Source of the DNA: Minisyncoccota bacterium
GTDB taxonomy: Bacteria; Patescibacteriota; Minisyncoccia; UBA6257
DNA length: 64,000 nt
Assembly: GCA_028694995.1 (NCBI GenBank)
Contig: JAQVJU010000001.1
Span: 15,314-79,313, forward strand
Reading direction: 5' to 3'
Shown one piece after another: positions 17,785 through 27,962 of this stretch. The notes beneath the pieces were generated by a model. The model saw nothing but the letters and a program-made list of their open reading frames with translations. It was not told where the DNA came from and did no database searches. A program made the position numbers and the translations under genes. Numbering within the stretch: position 1 is the stretch's first letter; the number at the start of each line of letters is the position of its first letter.

Positions 17785-19953
17785 ATGAATTCTGTTATCA
17801 AGCTCTCTGATTCAGTTTCTAAAATACGCGGTATCGGACCGCGTTATTTAAAATATCTAGAAAAATTAGGTATTAAAACTATCAAAGATTTACTTTGGTA
17901 TTTTCCTTTTCGTTATGAAGATTTTGCTAAGATTAAAAAGATTAATGAATTAGAGCCAGATATTAAAACCTCTGTAAGAGGAATTGTAAAAAAAATGGAT
18001 ATTAGGCGCAGTTTCCGAAAAAAAATGTTTATCTTAGAGGCTTTAATAGAAGATGAAACAGGAGAAATTACTGCTATTTGGTTTAATCAACCTTATTTAA
18101 AAAAGAATATTCCTATTGGCTCTATTGTTTCCTTATCAGGAAAAATAACTCAAAAAGGAAAAAAATTCATTATCTCCAGTCCAGCTTATGAAGTAATTTC
18201 CTTTTCAGCAACAAATAAAAATCTTCCTAAAGAAACCTTGCATACAGGACGCTTAGTTCCTGTTTATTCAGAAACTCAAGGATTAAGTTCCCGGGCATTG
18301 CGTTATTTTATAAAACCATTATTAAAAACAACTATTAATCTCAAAGAACCAATACCAGATTTCCTAATGGAAAAATACAAATTAATGAATTTATCACAAG
18401 CTCTCCAACAGATTCATTTTCCTTCTTCTTTATTTTTAGCTCAAAAAGCCAAAGAAAGATTTATCTTTGAATCACTTTTGCTTTCTCAAATTTTTCTTTT
18501 AAAAAATAAAAAAAGAAATTCTCTTATAAAAGCTCCTCAAATTAACTTAAATGTTCCCTTACTTCAAAAGTTTGTAAAATCTCTGCCTTTTACCCTAACT
18601 GATTGTCAAAAAAAAGCTATCTGGGAAATAGCTAAAAACTTAAACCAAAGCCCAATGAACCGTCTTTTAGAAGGAGAGGTTGGTTCAGGAAAAACTATAG
18701 TTGCTATGAGCGCAGCTTTATTAGCTATAAAGTCAAATTATCAGGTAGCTTTAATGGCCCCAACTGAAATTTTGGCCCAACAACACTACGATAAATTTAA
18801 AAGTTTCCTATCTCCTTTTAATTTAAAAATTGCTTTACTCACTTCTTCAAAAGCTAAAATTTATGACAATGAATTAGAAGGTGATATTTCAAAAAAAGCC
18901 CTTTATAAAACAATTTCTTCTCCTCTTATAGATATTCCTATTATTACTATTGGCACTCATGCTTTAATTCAAAAAAATGTTCGTTTTAGTCGCTTGGGTC
19001 TAATAATTGTTGATGAACAACATCGTTTTGGGGTTGAACAAAGAAAAAAACTCATTTCAAAAAATGATAATCAAAAAGAAATCCCTCATCTCTTATCAAT
19101 GACCGCCACTCCAATCCCTCGCACCTTAGCCTTGGCTTTTTACGGGGATTTAGATCTTTCTGTTTTAGATGAATTACCAAAAGAAAGAAAAAAAATCATC
19201 ACTGAAATCATCACTGAAAAAAACAAAAACAAAGTTTATGAATTTATTCGTCAGGAAATAAAAAAAGGGCGCCAGGCCTTTGTTATCTGTCCTCGAATTG
19301 AAGAAACTGAAAATTCAGATGTAAAAGCAAAAGATCTTCTTGATTTATCTGTAAAACTAAATTATGAGGTTAAGGCCGTTAAAAAAGAACATCAAAAATT
19401 AAGCCAGGATATTTTCCCTGATTTAAAAATTGGAATGCTTCATGGGAAAATGCTACCAAAAGAAAAAGAAAAGATTATGCAAGATTTTATTAAAAACAAG
19501 ACTAATATCCTAGTTTCTACTTCTGTTATTGAGGTGGGTATAGATATTCCCAATGCTTCAATTATGATTATTGAAGGCGCTGAGCATTTTGGCTTAGCTC
19601 AACTTCATCAATTCAGAGGACGCATTGGCAGATCTGTTCATCAATCCTATTGTTTTATTTTCACAGAAGCTCCTTATCAACAAACTGCCAAACGTTTAAA
19701 GATTTTAGAAAAATGTCATGATGGATTTCGCTTAGCAGAAATAGATTTATCCCTAAGAGGTCCGGGTGAATTCTTAGGCACCAAACAATCAGGTATTCCA
19801 GATTTAGTTATGAGCTCTCTTCTTAATAAAGAATTTATAGAAAAAGTCCACCAAGAAGCAAAAGAAATTTTAAAACAAGATTTTTCATTAAAAAAATGGC
19901 CTTTGTTATTGGCCAATTTTCAAGATTTTTCCAAAAATACTCTTCAACAATAA
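17785..19953 (+). CDS. recG: ATP-dependent DNA helicase RecG (ORF-track start 17752 trimmed, since it overlaps the tRNA)
   Basis: Wedge domain, Walker A GEVGSGKT, DEQH box, helicase C motifs. Confidence 0.9.
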   Translation: MNSVIKLSDSVSKIRGIGPRYLKYLEKLGIKTIKDLLWYFPFRYEDFAKIKKINELEPDIKTSVRGIVKKMDIRRSFRKKMFILEALIEDETGEITAIWFNQPYLKKNIPIGSIVSLSGKITQKGKKFIISSPAYEVISFSATNKNLPKETLHTGRLVPVYSETQGLSSRALRYFIKPLLKTTINLKEPIPDFLMEKYKLMNLSQALQQIHFPSSLFLAQKAKERFIFESLLLSQIFLLKNKKRNSLIKAPQINLNVPLLQKFVKSLPFTLTDCQKKAIWEIAKNLNQSPMNRLLEGEVGSGKTIVAMSAALLAIKSNYQVALMAPTEILAQQHYDKFKSFLSPFNLKIALLTSSKAKIYDNELEGDISKKALYKTISSPLIDIPIITIGTHALIQKNVRFSRLGLIIVDEQHRFGVEQRKKLISKNDNQKEIPHLLSMTATPIPRTLALAFYGDLDLSVLDELPKERKKIITEIITEKNKNKVYEFIRQEIKKGRQAFVICPRIEETENSDVKAKDLLDLSVKLNYEVKAVKKEHQKLSQDIFPDLKIGMLHGKMLPKEKEKIMQDFIKNKTNILVSTSVIEVGIDIPNASIMIIEGAEHFGLAQLHQFRGRIGRSVHQSYCFIFTEAPYQQTAKRLKILEKCHDGFRLAEIDLSLRGPGEFLGTKQSGIPDLVMSSLLNKEFIEKVHQEAKEILKQDFSLKKWPLLLANFQDFSKNTLQQ

Positions 19954-19954
19954 A

Positions 19955-20965
19955 TTAGCATTCTAATTCTGCAGTTAATTCTTCTTTTTTCCCTTGACGC
20001 CAATAGGAAATTTTTACCTTATCCCCAGCTTTAGAATTAACAAATGATTGAGCTAGGTTAAATTTTTTATCTACCTTTTTCCCATTGATTTCTAATATAA
20101 TATCTCCTTCTTTTAATCCTATTTTTTCAGCCAAACCGCCTGAAATAATCCCTCCATAACCAGGAATGCTTTCATATACAATAAAGGCGCCATAATCAAA
20201 AGGTAAACAATGTAATTCTTTCATTTCTTCATCAACTAAGAAATATCTCACCCCTAGACTAGGACGACATATTTTTCCGTATTTTTTAATATCTTTCAAA
20301 ATATTCTTCGCTTCATTTATTGGAATAGCAAACCCTATATTCTCAACCCCTAAGATAACTGCTGCACAAATACCAATAACTTTTCCATTGAGGTCAATTA
20401 AAGGACCGCCTGAATTACCAGGATTGATAGCGGCATCTGTTTGAATTAATCCTGAAAATTCCTGAACCTTTTCCTCGCCTTCTGTTTTGATTTGCCGAGA
20501 CAATCCAGAAACAATCCCTCGGGAAACAGTATCTTGAAATTCTCCTAGGACATTACCAATAGCAATTACTGTTTGCCCTAAAAGTAATTTAGAAGAATCA
20601 CCTAATTTTAAATGAGGGAACTTCTTTTTTGGAGAATCTATCTTTAATATAGCAATATCAGTTATCTTATCTCGAGCTAATATCTTACAAGGATAAGTTT
20701 TATTCTGCCAAATAACTGTATAAGAAGCTTCTTCATCTTCTACAATATGACGATTAGTAAGAATGTATCCATCTGCTGTTATAAAAAAACCAGAACAGCC
20801 TCCAATATTTACCATTCCTTTTTCATCTTGAACTAATCCTTGGGTTAACTCAGCTCCCATTTCTTCTGTGACTTTTGAAAATTCCTTGGAAACTAAAACC
20901 GCAACGATTGAAGGCGTTGATTTCTTAACTACTTGGATAATTTTCTTTGATTCAGAAAAAAACAT
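19955..20965 (-). CDS. htrA: HtrA/DegP-family serine protease with PDZ domain (start trimmed to 20965 to clear the tRNA)
   Basis: Trypsin-like catalytic motifs TNRHIV, DIAILKI, GNSGGPL plus a C-terminal PDZ domain. Confidence 0.8.
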   Translation of the reverse strand: MFFSESKKIIQVVKKSTPSIVAVLVSKEFSKVTEEMGAELTQGLVQDEKGMVNIGGCSGFFITADGYILTNRHIVEDEEASYTVIWQNKTYPCKILARDKITDIAILKIDSPKKKFPHLKLGDSSKLLLGQTVIAIGNVLGEFQDTVSRGIVSGLSRQIKTEGEEKVQEFSGLIQTDAAINPGNSGGPLIDLNGKVIGICAAVILGVENIGFAIPINEAKNILKDIKKYGKICRPSLGVRYFLVDEEMKELHCLPFDYGAFIVYESIPGYGGIISGGLAEKIGLKEGDIILEINGKKVDKKFNLAQSFVNSKAGDKVKISYWRQGKKEELTAELEC

Positions 20966-20975
20966 TATTTTCCAG

Positions 20976-21058
20976 TGCGCGGGAGAGGAGTCGAACCTCC
21001 ACGTCCTTACGGACACATCCACCTCAAGGATGCGTGTCTGCCATTTCACCACCCGCGC
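20976..21058 (-). tRNA. tRNA-Leu (anticodon GAG), type II, no CCA encoded
   Basis: Reverse complement GCGCGGG-TG-GTG..CAC-G-CATCC-TTGAGGT-GGATG- long variable arm -GGAGG-TTCGACT-CCTCT-CCCGCGC-A. Confidence 0.85.
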
Positions 21059-21067
21059 TTGAAAAAC

Positions 21068-21424
21068 TTACTTAGCTCTTTCTTTAAGTTTAGCACGAAT
21101 TTCTTTTTGAGATTTATCTCTAAGAAAATACATCTTAGCTCTGCGTACTCGGGCCGCGCTTATTAATTCAACTTTTTTAATATGAGGTGAAGCAATTGGA
21201 ATAACCCATTCCACTCCTACCTCACTAGCTGTTCTCCTAATAGTAATAGTGGCTCCAGCTTCTTTACCATGTTTGCGAGCAATAACCAAACCCTCTATTT
21301 GTTGGGTTTTTTCTTTATCACTATCTTTTGTTTTTTTTGATTTTGCTTTATCTAAACTTGGAACTTTTTGGAAAATCCTTACTGTCATTCCAGGTTTTAC
21401 TTCTTCTATCTTTATATTTGTCAT
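21068..21424 (-). CDS. rplS: 50S ribosomal protein L19
   Basis: 118 aa; ...ISAARVRRAKMYFLRDK... Confidence 0.85.
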   Translation of the reverse strand: MTNIKIEEVKPGMTVRIFQKVPSLDKAKSKKTKDSDKEKTQQIEGLVIARKHGKEAGATITIRRTASEVGVEWVIPIASPHIKKVELISAARVRRAKMYFLRDKSQKEIRAKLKERAK

Positions 21425-21484
21425 TTTAATAATTTAAAAGTATCTGTAATACCTTAGCATAAATAGGGGCCTTTAAGCAACTCT

Positions 21485-22441
21485 TTAAGAGGTTTTACTT
21501 AATTGATTTAAAAACTCTTTTAATTCCTGAGGCAAAGATGCTTTAATCACAAGTTTCTCTCCAGTAAGGGAAATGAAAGAAACTTCTTGAGCATGAAGAA
21601 AATGATAAGATAGATTTAAGTTATCAGATTTCTTAAATTTTCCATAAAGCTTATCACCAACAACAGGAAAACCAATACTTGCCAAATGAACCCTAATTTG
21701 ATGAGTTCTACCAGTTTCTGGAATGATTTCTAAAAGAGTAAACCCCTTGAATCTTTCTAAAACCTGATATTTGGTAAGTGCTGTCTTAGCTTTTGTCTCT
21801 TCTGTCTTTTTTACAATTATCTTTTGTTTTACAGTTGATTTTTTAGAACGAGTTAAAGGAAAATCTATCTCCCCTTTTGATTGCTTTAATTCACCCTTAA
21901 CTAAAGCAATGTATCTTTTCTTAACTTTTCTCTGTTTTAAAAGGTTTTTTAAATAAAAAAAAGAATTATTGTTTTTAGCAATAATTAAAACCCCAGAAGT
22001 GTCTTTATCTAAACGATGAACAATGCCAGGCCTTAACTTATCTTCACCTACTTGAGAGATAAAAGGATATTTGTCTATTAACCAACTAACTATGGAAGGA
22101 GAATTAAGATTATCCAGAGAAGCATGAGTTAAAACTCCTGCTGGTTTATCTATCACTAATAAATCATTGTTTTCATACAAGATTTTTGGTTCTAAGTTCA
22201 AGGACAATGGTTTTAAAACAGGTGTTTCTTTGCTTTTTTGAATAACAGAATCATCTAAATAAATTTCCTCTTCTCCTTTTAATAAAAGACTAGGTTTAAT
22301 TTTTTCTTTGTTTTTAATTTTAATTTTCCCTTGCTTAATTAAAAAAACAATTTTCTCTCTAGAAATATCTTTGATTACTTCTTTTAAGTATTTATCCAAG
22401 CGCACAGGCTTAGGAATTTGTTCTACAATGATTTTTCTCAT
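21485..22441 (-). CDS. RluA-family pseudouridine synthase with N-terminal S4 domain (RluD-like)
   Basis: S4 region RLDKYLKEV, catalytic motif HRLDKDTSGVLIIAKN. Confidence 0.8.
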   Translation of the reverse strand: MRKIIVEQIPKPVRLDKYLKEVIKDISREKIVFLIKQGKIKIKNKEKIKPSLLLKGEEEIYLDDSVIQKSKETPVLKPLSLNLEPKILYENNDLLVIDKPAGVLTHASLDNLNSPSIVSWLIDKYPFISQVGEDKLRPGIVHRLDKDTSGVLIIAKNNNSFFYLKNLLKQRKVKKRYIALVKGELKQSKGEIDFPLTRSKKSTVKQKIIVKKTEETKAKTALTKYQVLERFKGFTLLEIIPETGRTHQIRVHLASIGFPVVGDKLYGKFKKSDNLNLSYHFLHAQEVSFISLTGEKLVIKASLPQELKEFLNQLSKTS

Positions 22442-22504
22442 ACAAACCTGTTATTTAAATTAACGACAAACTATGTCGTTAATTTCCAATCCTTAATCTT
22501 AGAG

Positions 22505-22578
22505 TGGGCGGTAGAGGACTCGAACCCCTGACCTCATACACGTCAAGTACGCGCTCTAACCAACTGAGCTAACCGCCC
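22505..22578 (-). tRNA. tRNA-Val (anticodon GAC), no CCA encoded
   Basis: Reverse complement GGGCGGT-TA-GCTCAGTTGGTTAGAGC-G-CGTAC-TTGACGT-GTATG-...-TTCGAGT-...-ACCGCCC-A. Confidence 0.85.
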
Positions 22579-22579
22579 A

Positions 22580-22655
22580 TGGTGGGCGTAGATGGAATTG
22601 AACCATCGGCCTCCACTTTATAAGAGTGGCGCTCTAACCACTGAGCTATACGCCC
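22580..22655 (-). tRNA. tRNA-Ile (anticodon UAU), CCA encoded; 1 nt from tRNA-Val
   Basis: Reverse complement GGGCGTA-TA-GCTCAGTGGTTAGAGC-G-CCACT-CTTATAA-AGTGG-AGGCC-GATGG-TTCAATT-CCATC-TACGCCC-ACCA. Confidence 0.8.
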
Positions 22656-22660
22656 TTTTG

Positions 22661-24469
22661 CTATTTTATGAGCTCTTCAAATTCTTCCTTTTCTAAAGTT
22701 TCTTTTTTTATTAATTCTTGAGTCACTAATTCTAATTTATTAATATTTTTTTGCAATAATTTTTTAGTTTTTTGATAGCATTTATTTACAATATCAAAAA
22801 CTTCTTTATCTATTTTCGCTGCTGTTTCTTCTGAATAATTTTTTTCTGTAGCTATTTCCCGACCTAAAAAGATAAGTTCTTCTGTTTCATCAAAAGAAAT
22901 TGGGCCAAGCTTCTTACTCATTCCATATTTAGTCACTAAGCTCCTAGCAATGTCAGTTGCTTCTTTTAAATCATTAGCAGCGCCTGTAGAAACATCTTTA
23001 AATTTGATTTCTTCTGCCACATAACCTCCTAAAAGAGCGCAAAGATCATCTAAGAACTCTGAATGGGTTTTCATGTACTTTTCTTCTGTGGGCATTCTCA
23101 TTGTATAACCCGCCGCTCTGCCGCGCGCAATAATAGAAATCTTTCTGACTAAAGCAGTACCTGGAAGTAAGGCTGTGATTAAAGCATGCCCTGCTTCATG
23201 GTAAGCGGTAATTTCTTTTTCTTTTTTTGTCAAAAGACGACTTTTTCTTTCTGGACCTAAGATGACCTTTTCTATTGAATCTAATAATTCTTGCTGGCTA
23301 ATATTTTTTTTATTCCTTCGTGCTGCTAAAATTGCCGCTTCATTAACTAAGTTTGCTAAATCAGCACCAGAAAAACCAGGTGTTCTTTCAGCTATTTCCC
23401 TTAAATCTACAACAGGGTCTAATGTTTTACCTCGACTATGAATTTTCAATATTTCTTCCCGGTCATTAATGCTTGGCATATCTAAAATCACTCGCCTATC
23501 AAAACGACCTGGCCTTAATAAAGCTGGGTCTAAAACATCTGGTCTATTAGTTGCTGCAATAACAATTATCTTTGTATCTCTATCAAAACCATCCATTTCT
23601 ACTAAGATTTGGTTTAAAGTCTGTTCCCTTTCATCATGTCCACCACCCACTCCAGCGCCTCTGATTCTTCCAATAGCATCTATTTCATCAATGAACAAAA
23701 TAGAAGGAGCTGATTTTTTAGCTGTGGCAAATGTATCTCTAACACGACTGGCGCCAACCCCAACAAACATTTCCACGAATTCAGAGCCAGAAATATGGAA
23801 AAAAGGAACTCTGGCTTCACCAGCCACAGCCCTGGCTAATAAAGTTTTCCCTGAACCTGGCGGCCCCATTAAAAGAACTCCTCTAGGAATTTTAGCGCCT
23901 AAGTCATAAAACTTCTTAGGGGTTTTTAAAAACTCAACCACTTCTTTTAATTCTTCTTTTGCTTCTTTTAAGCCAGCCACATCTTTAAAGGTAATGCCAT
24001 CTTTACTTGGAGCAAATAACCTAATATTTGAACGGGAAAAAGAGAAAATTTGCATTGCCCCTTGATTAGCTCGACGAAAAGAATAAAACAAAAGAACACC
24101 TAAGATAATAACTGGTAATAAAATTGGCAAAATCACTGATAAGAAAAACGTCAAACTACTTTCTCCTTTAACTTCAATATTAAGAGCTGATATTTCTTCT
24201 GGTAAAAAACCAAAATTCTGAAGAGTTTCAGAAAAAGATACATTGGGCTCTCTTTCAGCAACAAAGGTTTTTTCTTCATTAAGAACAATTTCAAATTTAT
24301 TTGGATAAAGGACTACTTCCATTGGTTGCTCTTCTTTTAAAACCTGGATTGCTTCTGAAAGGCTGATTTTTTCTGGAGTAATAACAAGACCGCTCATTGC
24401 GGAAAAGATAAGCGAAAGACTTAAAAAGATAAGAAGAATGAAAACAAAAGATTTTGCTAATTTATTCAT
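22661..24469 (-). CDS. ftsH: ATP-dependent zinc metalloprotease FtsH
   Basis: Two N-terminal TM segments, AAA Walker [12 protein letters not shown] region, zinc motif HEAGHA. Confidence 0.9.
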   Translation of the reverse strand: MNKLAKSFVFILLIFLSLSLIFSAMSGLVITPEKISLSEAIQVLKEEQPMEVVLYPNKFEIVLNEEKTFVAEREPNVSFSETLQNFGFLPEEISALNIEVKGESSLTFFLSVILPILLPVIILGVLLFYSFRRANQGAMQIFSFSRSNIRLFAPSKDGITFKDVAGLKEAKEELKEVVEFLKTPKKFYDLGAKIPRGVLLMGPPGSGKTLLARAVAGEARVPFFHISGSEFVEMFVGVGASRVRDTFATAKKSAPSILFIDEIDAIGRIRGAGVGGGHDEREQTLNQILVEMDGFDRDTKIIVIAATNRPDVLDPALLRPGRFDRRVILDMPSINDREEILKIHSRGKTLDPVVDLREIAERTPGFSGADLANLVNEAAILAARRNKKNISQQELLDSIEKVILGPERKSRLLTKKEKEITAYHEAGHALITALLPGTALVRKISIIARGRAAGYTMRMPTEEKYMKTHSEFLDDLCALLGGYVAEEIKFKDVSTGAANDLKEATDIARSLVTKYGMSKKLGPISFDETEELIFLGREIATEKNYSEETAAKIDKEVFDIVNKCYQKTKKLLQKNINKLELVTQELIKKETLEKEEFEELIK

Positions 24470-24508
24470 AGCAATACCATCTTAACTTAAATTAAACTTA
24501 AAAGCAAT

Positions 24509-25726
24509 TTACGGATAAATTGGTTCTGTAGCGCCTCCTAAATGAGAAACTGCGCTATTAGTTGATTCTAAAGATGAGGTTAAAACAAGATACTGGTCAA
24601 AAAAAGCATAACTAATAGCTACTTCTTCACCAGAGTATGCGAAATAACGAATCTCAGCTCCAGCATTGGTTGTTTCCTGGAATTCTTTAGAGTCTCTTTT
24701 CGTAGGCACACTAATCAAAAACAAACTTTGGAGGTCTTTTAAAATACCTAGATTCTTTTCCCAAGATAAAAAGACTGATTTTACTTCTTCTTTATTTTCT
24801 ACACCAATATCAATAATCAAACCAAGCGAAGGATTGACTTCTCCATAATAAGTATAAATTAAGTATTTGCGAGCTAAGAGATAAGGATGTAATCTAGCTG
24901 GCAATTCAGGAACCAAGGAAAGAATAACCTCTTCATTTGTTAAGGGATCATTGTGAGTTTTAGGAATAAGAACTTTAAAAGTATTTGGTGAAGCTATCTC
25001 AGAAAGAGCGATCTCATGTATGGCTTCCTTTACTATATCACCAGAGATGCTTACATTTACAATGGATTTTTGAAAAGGACCACTAATTTGAGGATAAGGC
25101 GAATAAGCTATTGTTGTGGTTGTCGTTGTTGGCTCTTCTAATTCCACAGGTAAAACTTCTTTTTCTTTTCTTAACATGGGCCATAAGAAGAAATAGCCTA
25201 ATAAAATAGCACCAATAACTAAAATCCCAATTATTAATAAAGGAACTAGATTGCTTTTTTTAGGAGCTGAAACTGGACCTTCTGGCATTTCTTGAAATCC
25301 AGCGCCAGGTATATCTGGAGAAAAAGAAGGTGGTGCTATATCTGGCTCTATGCCTGGCATAGTGCCCCCTTCAGCTTTAATTCTTTCCAAATCTGATTCT
25401 GAGGTTCTAATAAAGACATTTGAAGGAGGTGGCGTAAACTTTGGTTCTGGCTCTTTAGCAAGGGATTCTTCTAAAGAGGCTGGCTGTTGTTGCCCTAAAG
25501 GCTCTGAAGGCATCTGACCAAATGGCTGTTCTGTGGCTGCAAATTGATTTGGTGTTTGTTGCTGAAATGAATCTGTTTGTCCTCCTGCTAAAGGTTCATA
25601 AGGTTGTTGAGGAAATTGACTTGCCCCTGAATCAGGACTTGTTTGTAAGTTAGGAATTCCTTCATCCTCTTTTTTAGGATAATTTTGAGGATAATTATTT
25701 TGATTAAGATTAAAATCTTCAGGCAT
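24509..25726 (-). CDS. hypothetical single-pass membrane protein with Pro/Gln-rich disordered N-terminal region (405 aa)
   Basis: Residues 1-160 are low-complexity P/Q/E/G-rich, then one TM (LVPLLIIGILVIGAILLGYFFLW), a TTTTTT linker and a ~200-aa C-terminal domain. Confidence 0.4.
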   Translation of the reverse strand: MPEDFNLNQNNYPQNYPKKEDEGIPNLQTSPDSGASQFPQQPYEPLAGGQTDSFQQQTPNQFAATEQPFGQMPSEPLGQQQPASLEESLAKEPEPKFTPPPSNVFIRTSESDLERIKAEGGTMPGIEPDIAPPSFSPDIPGAGFQEMPEGPVSAPKKSNLVPLLIIGILVIGAILLGYFFLWPMLRKEKEVLPVELEEPTTTTTTIAYSPYPQISGPFQKSIVNVSISGDIVKEAIHEIALSEIASPNTFKVLIPKTHNDPLTNEEVILSLVPELPARLHPYLLARKYLIYTYYGEVNPSLGLIIDIGVENKEEVKSVFLSWEKNLGILKDLQSLFLISVPTKRDSKEFQETTNAGAEIRYFAYSGEEVAISYAFFDQYLVLTSSLESTNSAVSHLGGATEPIYP

Positions 25727-25803
25727 GTTTTTAAATTATTTAAAATTTTATCAGTGAGTTTTCACCTATATTTATTATAATATTATGAAAAAGAAAGTCA
25801 ACC

Positions 25804-27939
25804 TTAATTGGGTCTTTTCTTTTTATTCTTATCTTCTTCTGAATAACGAATGTCTTTTAAAGAAAGAGATATTTTTCCATTAGGCTCAACCTTCTTTATT
25901 TTCAGATCTAGCTCTTCATCTTGATGAACTATATCCTCTACTTTATTAACATGCCAGGGCGCTAATTCAGAAATATGAAGCAATCCTTCTTTAGTGCCTC
26001 CTAAATCTATAATCGCCCCAAAGTCTTTAATTTGAATGACTTTGCCTTTTACTACTTCTCCAGCAGTAAATTCTTTAGTAACCTCTTTAATATCTTTAAT
26101 AGCTGCCTCAGCTTTTTGTTCATCAGGAGCTGTGACAAAAACTGTTCCATCATCTTCAATATCAATGGAAACATCATTGTCTTCAATTATTTTATTAATT
26201 ACCTTACCACCAGGCCCAATAAGACAACCAATTAATTCTTTTTTAATTTTTAAAGTAAATATTCTTGGGGCAAAAGGAGAAAGATTTTTTCTTGGCTCAG
26301 AAATCACTTGGTTCATTTTTTCCAAGATAAATTCCCTTGCTTTTTTAGCTTTATCTAAAATATCTGCAATAATATCCTCGGTTAATCCTTTTATCTTAAC
26401 ATCCATTTGTAAAGCAGTAATTCCATTTTTAGTACCAGCGGCTTTAAAATCCATATCCCCATAATGGTCTTCAGGACCTTGAATATCAGTCAAGATTTTA
26501 TACTTTCCTTTTTCATCTATCATCAATCCCATGGCAATACCAGAAACATGTTCTTTAATTGGAACACCACTAGCCATTAAAGCCAGAGAAGAAGCACAAG
26601 TGGCAGCCATTGAGGTTGAGCCATTAGAAGATAAAATCTCAGAAACTACCCTTACTGTATAAGGAAATTCTTCTTGTATAGGAATTATAGGAAAAAGAGC
26701 TCTTTCTCCTAAAGCGCCATGACCAATTTCTCTTCGCCCAGGGCCGCGCAAAGGACCAATCTCTCCAACTGAATATGAAGGAAAATTATAATGATGCAAA
26801 AATCTTTTTTCACCAGTTACTTCCATCCCTTGCATAAGCAAAACATCACCTGGAGAACCCAAGGTCACCACTGATAAGACATGAGTTTCACCTCTCATAA
26901 ATAAGGCTGAACCATGAGGTCGAGGTAAAATATCAATTGCCATTTCCAAAGGCCTAATTTCATCTAATTTTCTTAAATCAGGTCTTTTTTTATTTTCTAA
27001 AATATTCTGATGAATAATCTTATTTATCTGTTCATCAAAAATTGAATTTAAATCATTTAAAGATTCTAATGAAAAATCTTTAGCTTCTAAATGTTCAATT
27101 AATTCTGTTTTTAATAAATCAAGCTGAGTATTTCTTTCAGTTTTATCTTTAAGATAAAGAACAGTTTCTAATTTATTTTTTGCAAAACTTTCAATTTCTT
27201 TTTCTAATTCTAAATCCCATTCTTTTATCATTACCTCTTTCTTGGTCACTCCTACTTCATTTATAATCTTTTCTAATTGTTTATTTAAATTTGTGATTTC
27301 TTCCTGGGCTATCTTCATTGCCTGTTTGACAATATCTTCAGGCACTTCATCTGCCTCTGCTTCTAACATATTAATCAAATTATCTGGTCCAGATACAGTA
27401 ATATTAAAATCAGATTTTTCTCTTTCTTCATATTCGGCATTTATTATAAAGCCATTTTCTTTTGACCAACTTATTCTAGTAGCAGCTACTGGTCCTTGCC
27501 AGGGAATATTAGAAACACCCAGGGCCAAGGAAGCAGCAATGATACCCAAAATATCAGGATCATTTTTTTCATCAATAGAAAGACAAGTTACCACTACCTG
27601 TACCTCTCTTCTCATTTGTTGAGAAAAAAGGGGTCTAATAGTTCTATCTATTAAACGGCCATTTAAGATAGCTATTTCAGAAGGTCGTGATTCTCTTCTA
27701 ACAAAACGACTACCATAAATTTTACCCACTGCATAATATTTTTCTTCATAATCAACCATTAAAGGGAAAAAACCTAAATCTGCCTTATCTTCAGTTCCCA
27801 TTACTGCTGAAGCTAAAACAATAGTTTCACCCATTTTTACCATAACCGAACCATTGGCCTGTTCAACCAAATTAGAAAATTCAATATTTATTGTTTTATC
27901 TCCTGCTTTTACAGAAAACTGTTTTTTAATTATTGCCAT
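25804..27939 (-). CDS. pnp: polynucleotide phosphorylase
   Basis: Two RNase PH domains plus KH (LIGPGGKVINKI) and S1 (GEVVKGKVIQIKDFGAII) domains. Confidence 0.9.
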   Translation of the reverse strand: MAIIKKQFSVKAGDKTINIEFSNLVEQANGSVMVKMGETIVLASAVMGTEDKADLGFFPLMVDYEEKYYAVGKIYGSRFVRRESRPSEIAILNGRLIDRTIRPLFSQQMRREVQVVVTCLSIDEKNDPDILGIIAASLALGVSNIPWQGPVAATRISWSKENGFIINAEYEEREKSDFNITVSGPDNLINMLEAEADEVPEDIVKQAMKIAQEEITNLNKQLEKIINEVGVTKKEVMIKEWDLELEKEIESFAKNKLETVLYLKDKTERNTQLDLLKTELIEHLEAKDFSLESLNDLNSIFDEQINKIIHQNILENKKRPDLRKLDEIRPLEMAIDILPRPHGSALFMRGETHVLSVVTLGSPGDVLLMQGMEVTGEKRFLHHYNFPSYSVGEIGPLRGPGRREIGHGALGERALFPIIPIQEEFPYTVRVVSEILSSNGSTSMAATCASSLALMASGVPIKEHVSGIAMGLMIDEKGKYKILTDIQGPEDHYGDMDFKAAGTKNGITALQMDVKIKGLTEDIIADILDKAKKAREFILEKMNQVISEPRKNLSPFAPRIFTLKIKKELIGCLIGPGGKVINKIIEDNDVSIDIEDDGTVFVTAPDEQKAEAAIKDIKEVTKEFTAGEVVKGKVIQIKDFGAIIDLGGTKEGLLHISELAPWHVNKVEDIVHQDEELDLKIKKVEPNGKISLSLKDIRYSEEDKNKKKRPN

Positions 27940-27962
27940 ATATCTTGAAAATCTTTATTCAA

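Noticed and set aside
23469-23909. Antisense small ORFs inside strong genes (e.g. 1812-2021, 23469-23909, 26036-26464, 27242-27622, 31830-32309, 39614-39817, 49427-49672)
   Set aside because: They lie opposite confidently identified genes (ftsH, pnp, infB, gyrA etc.) and have low-complexity translations. Such ORFs are expected by chance in AT-rich sequence.
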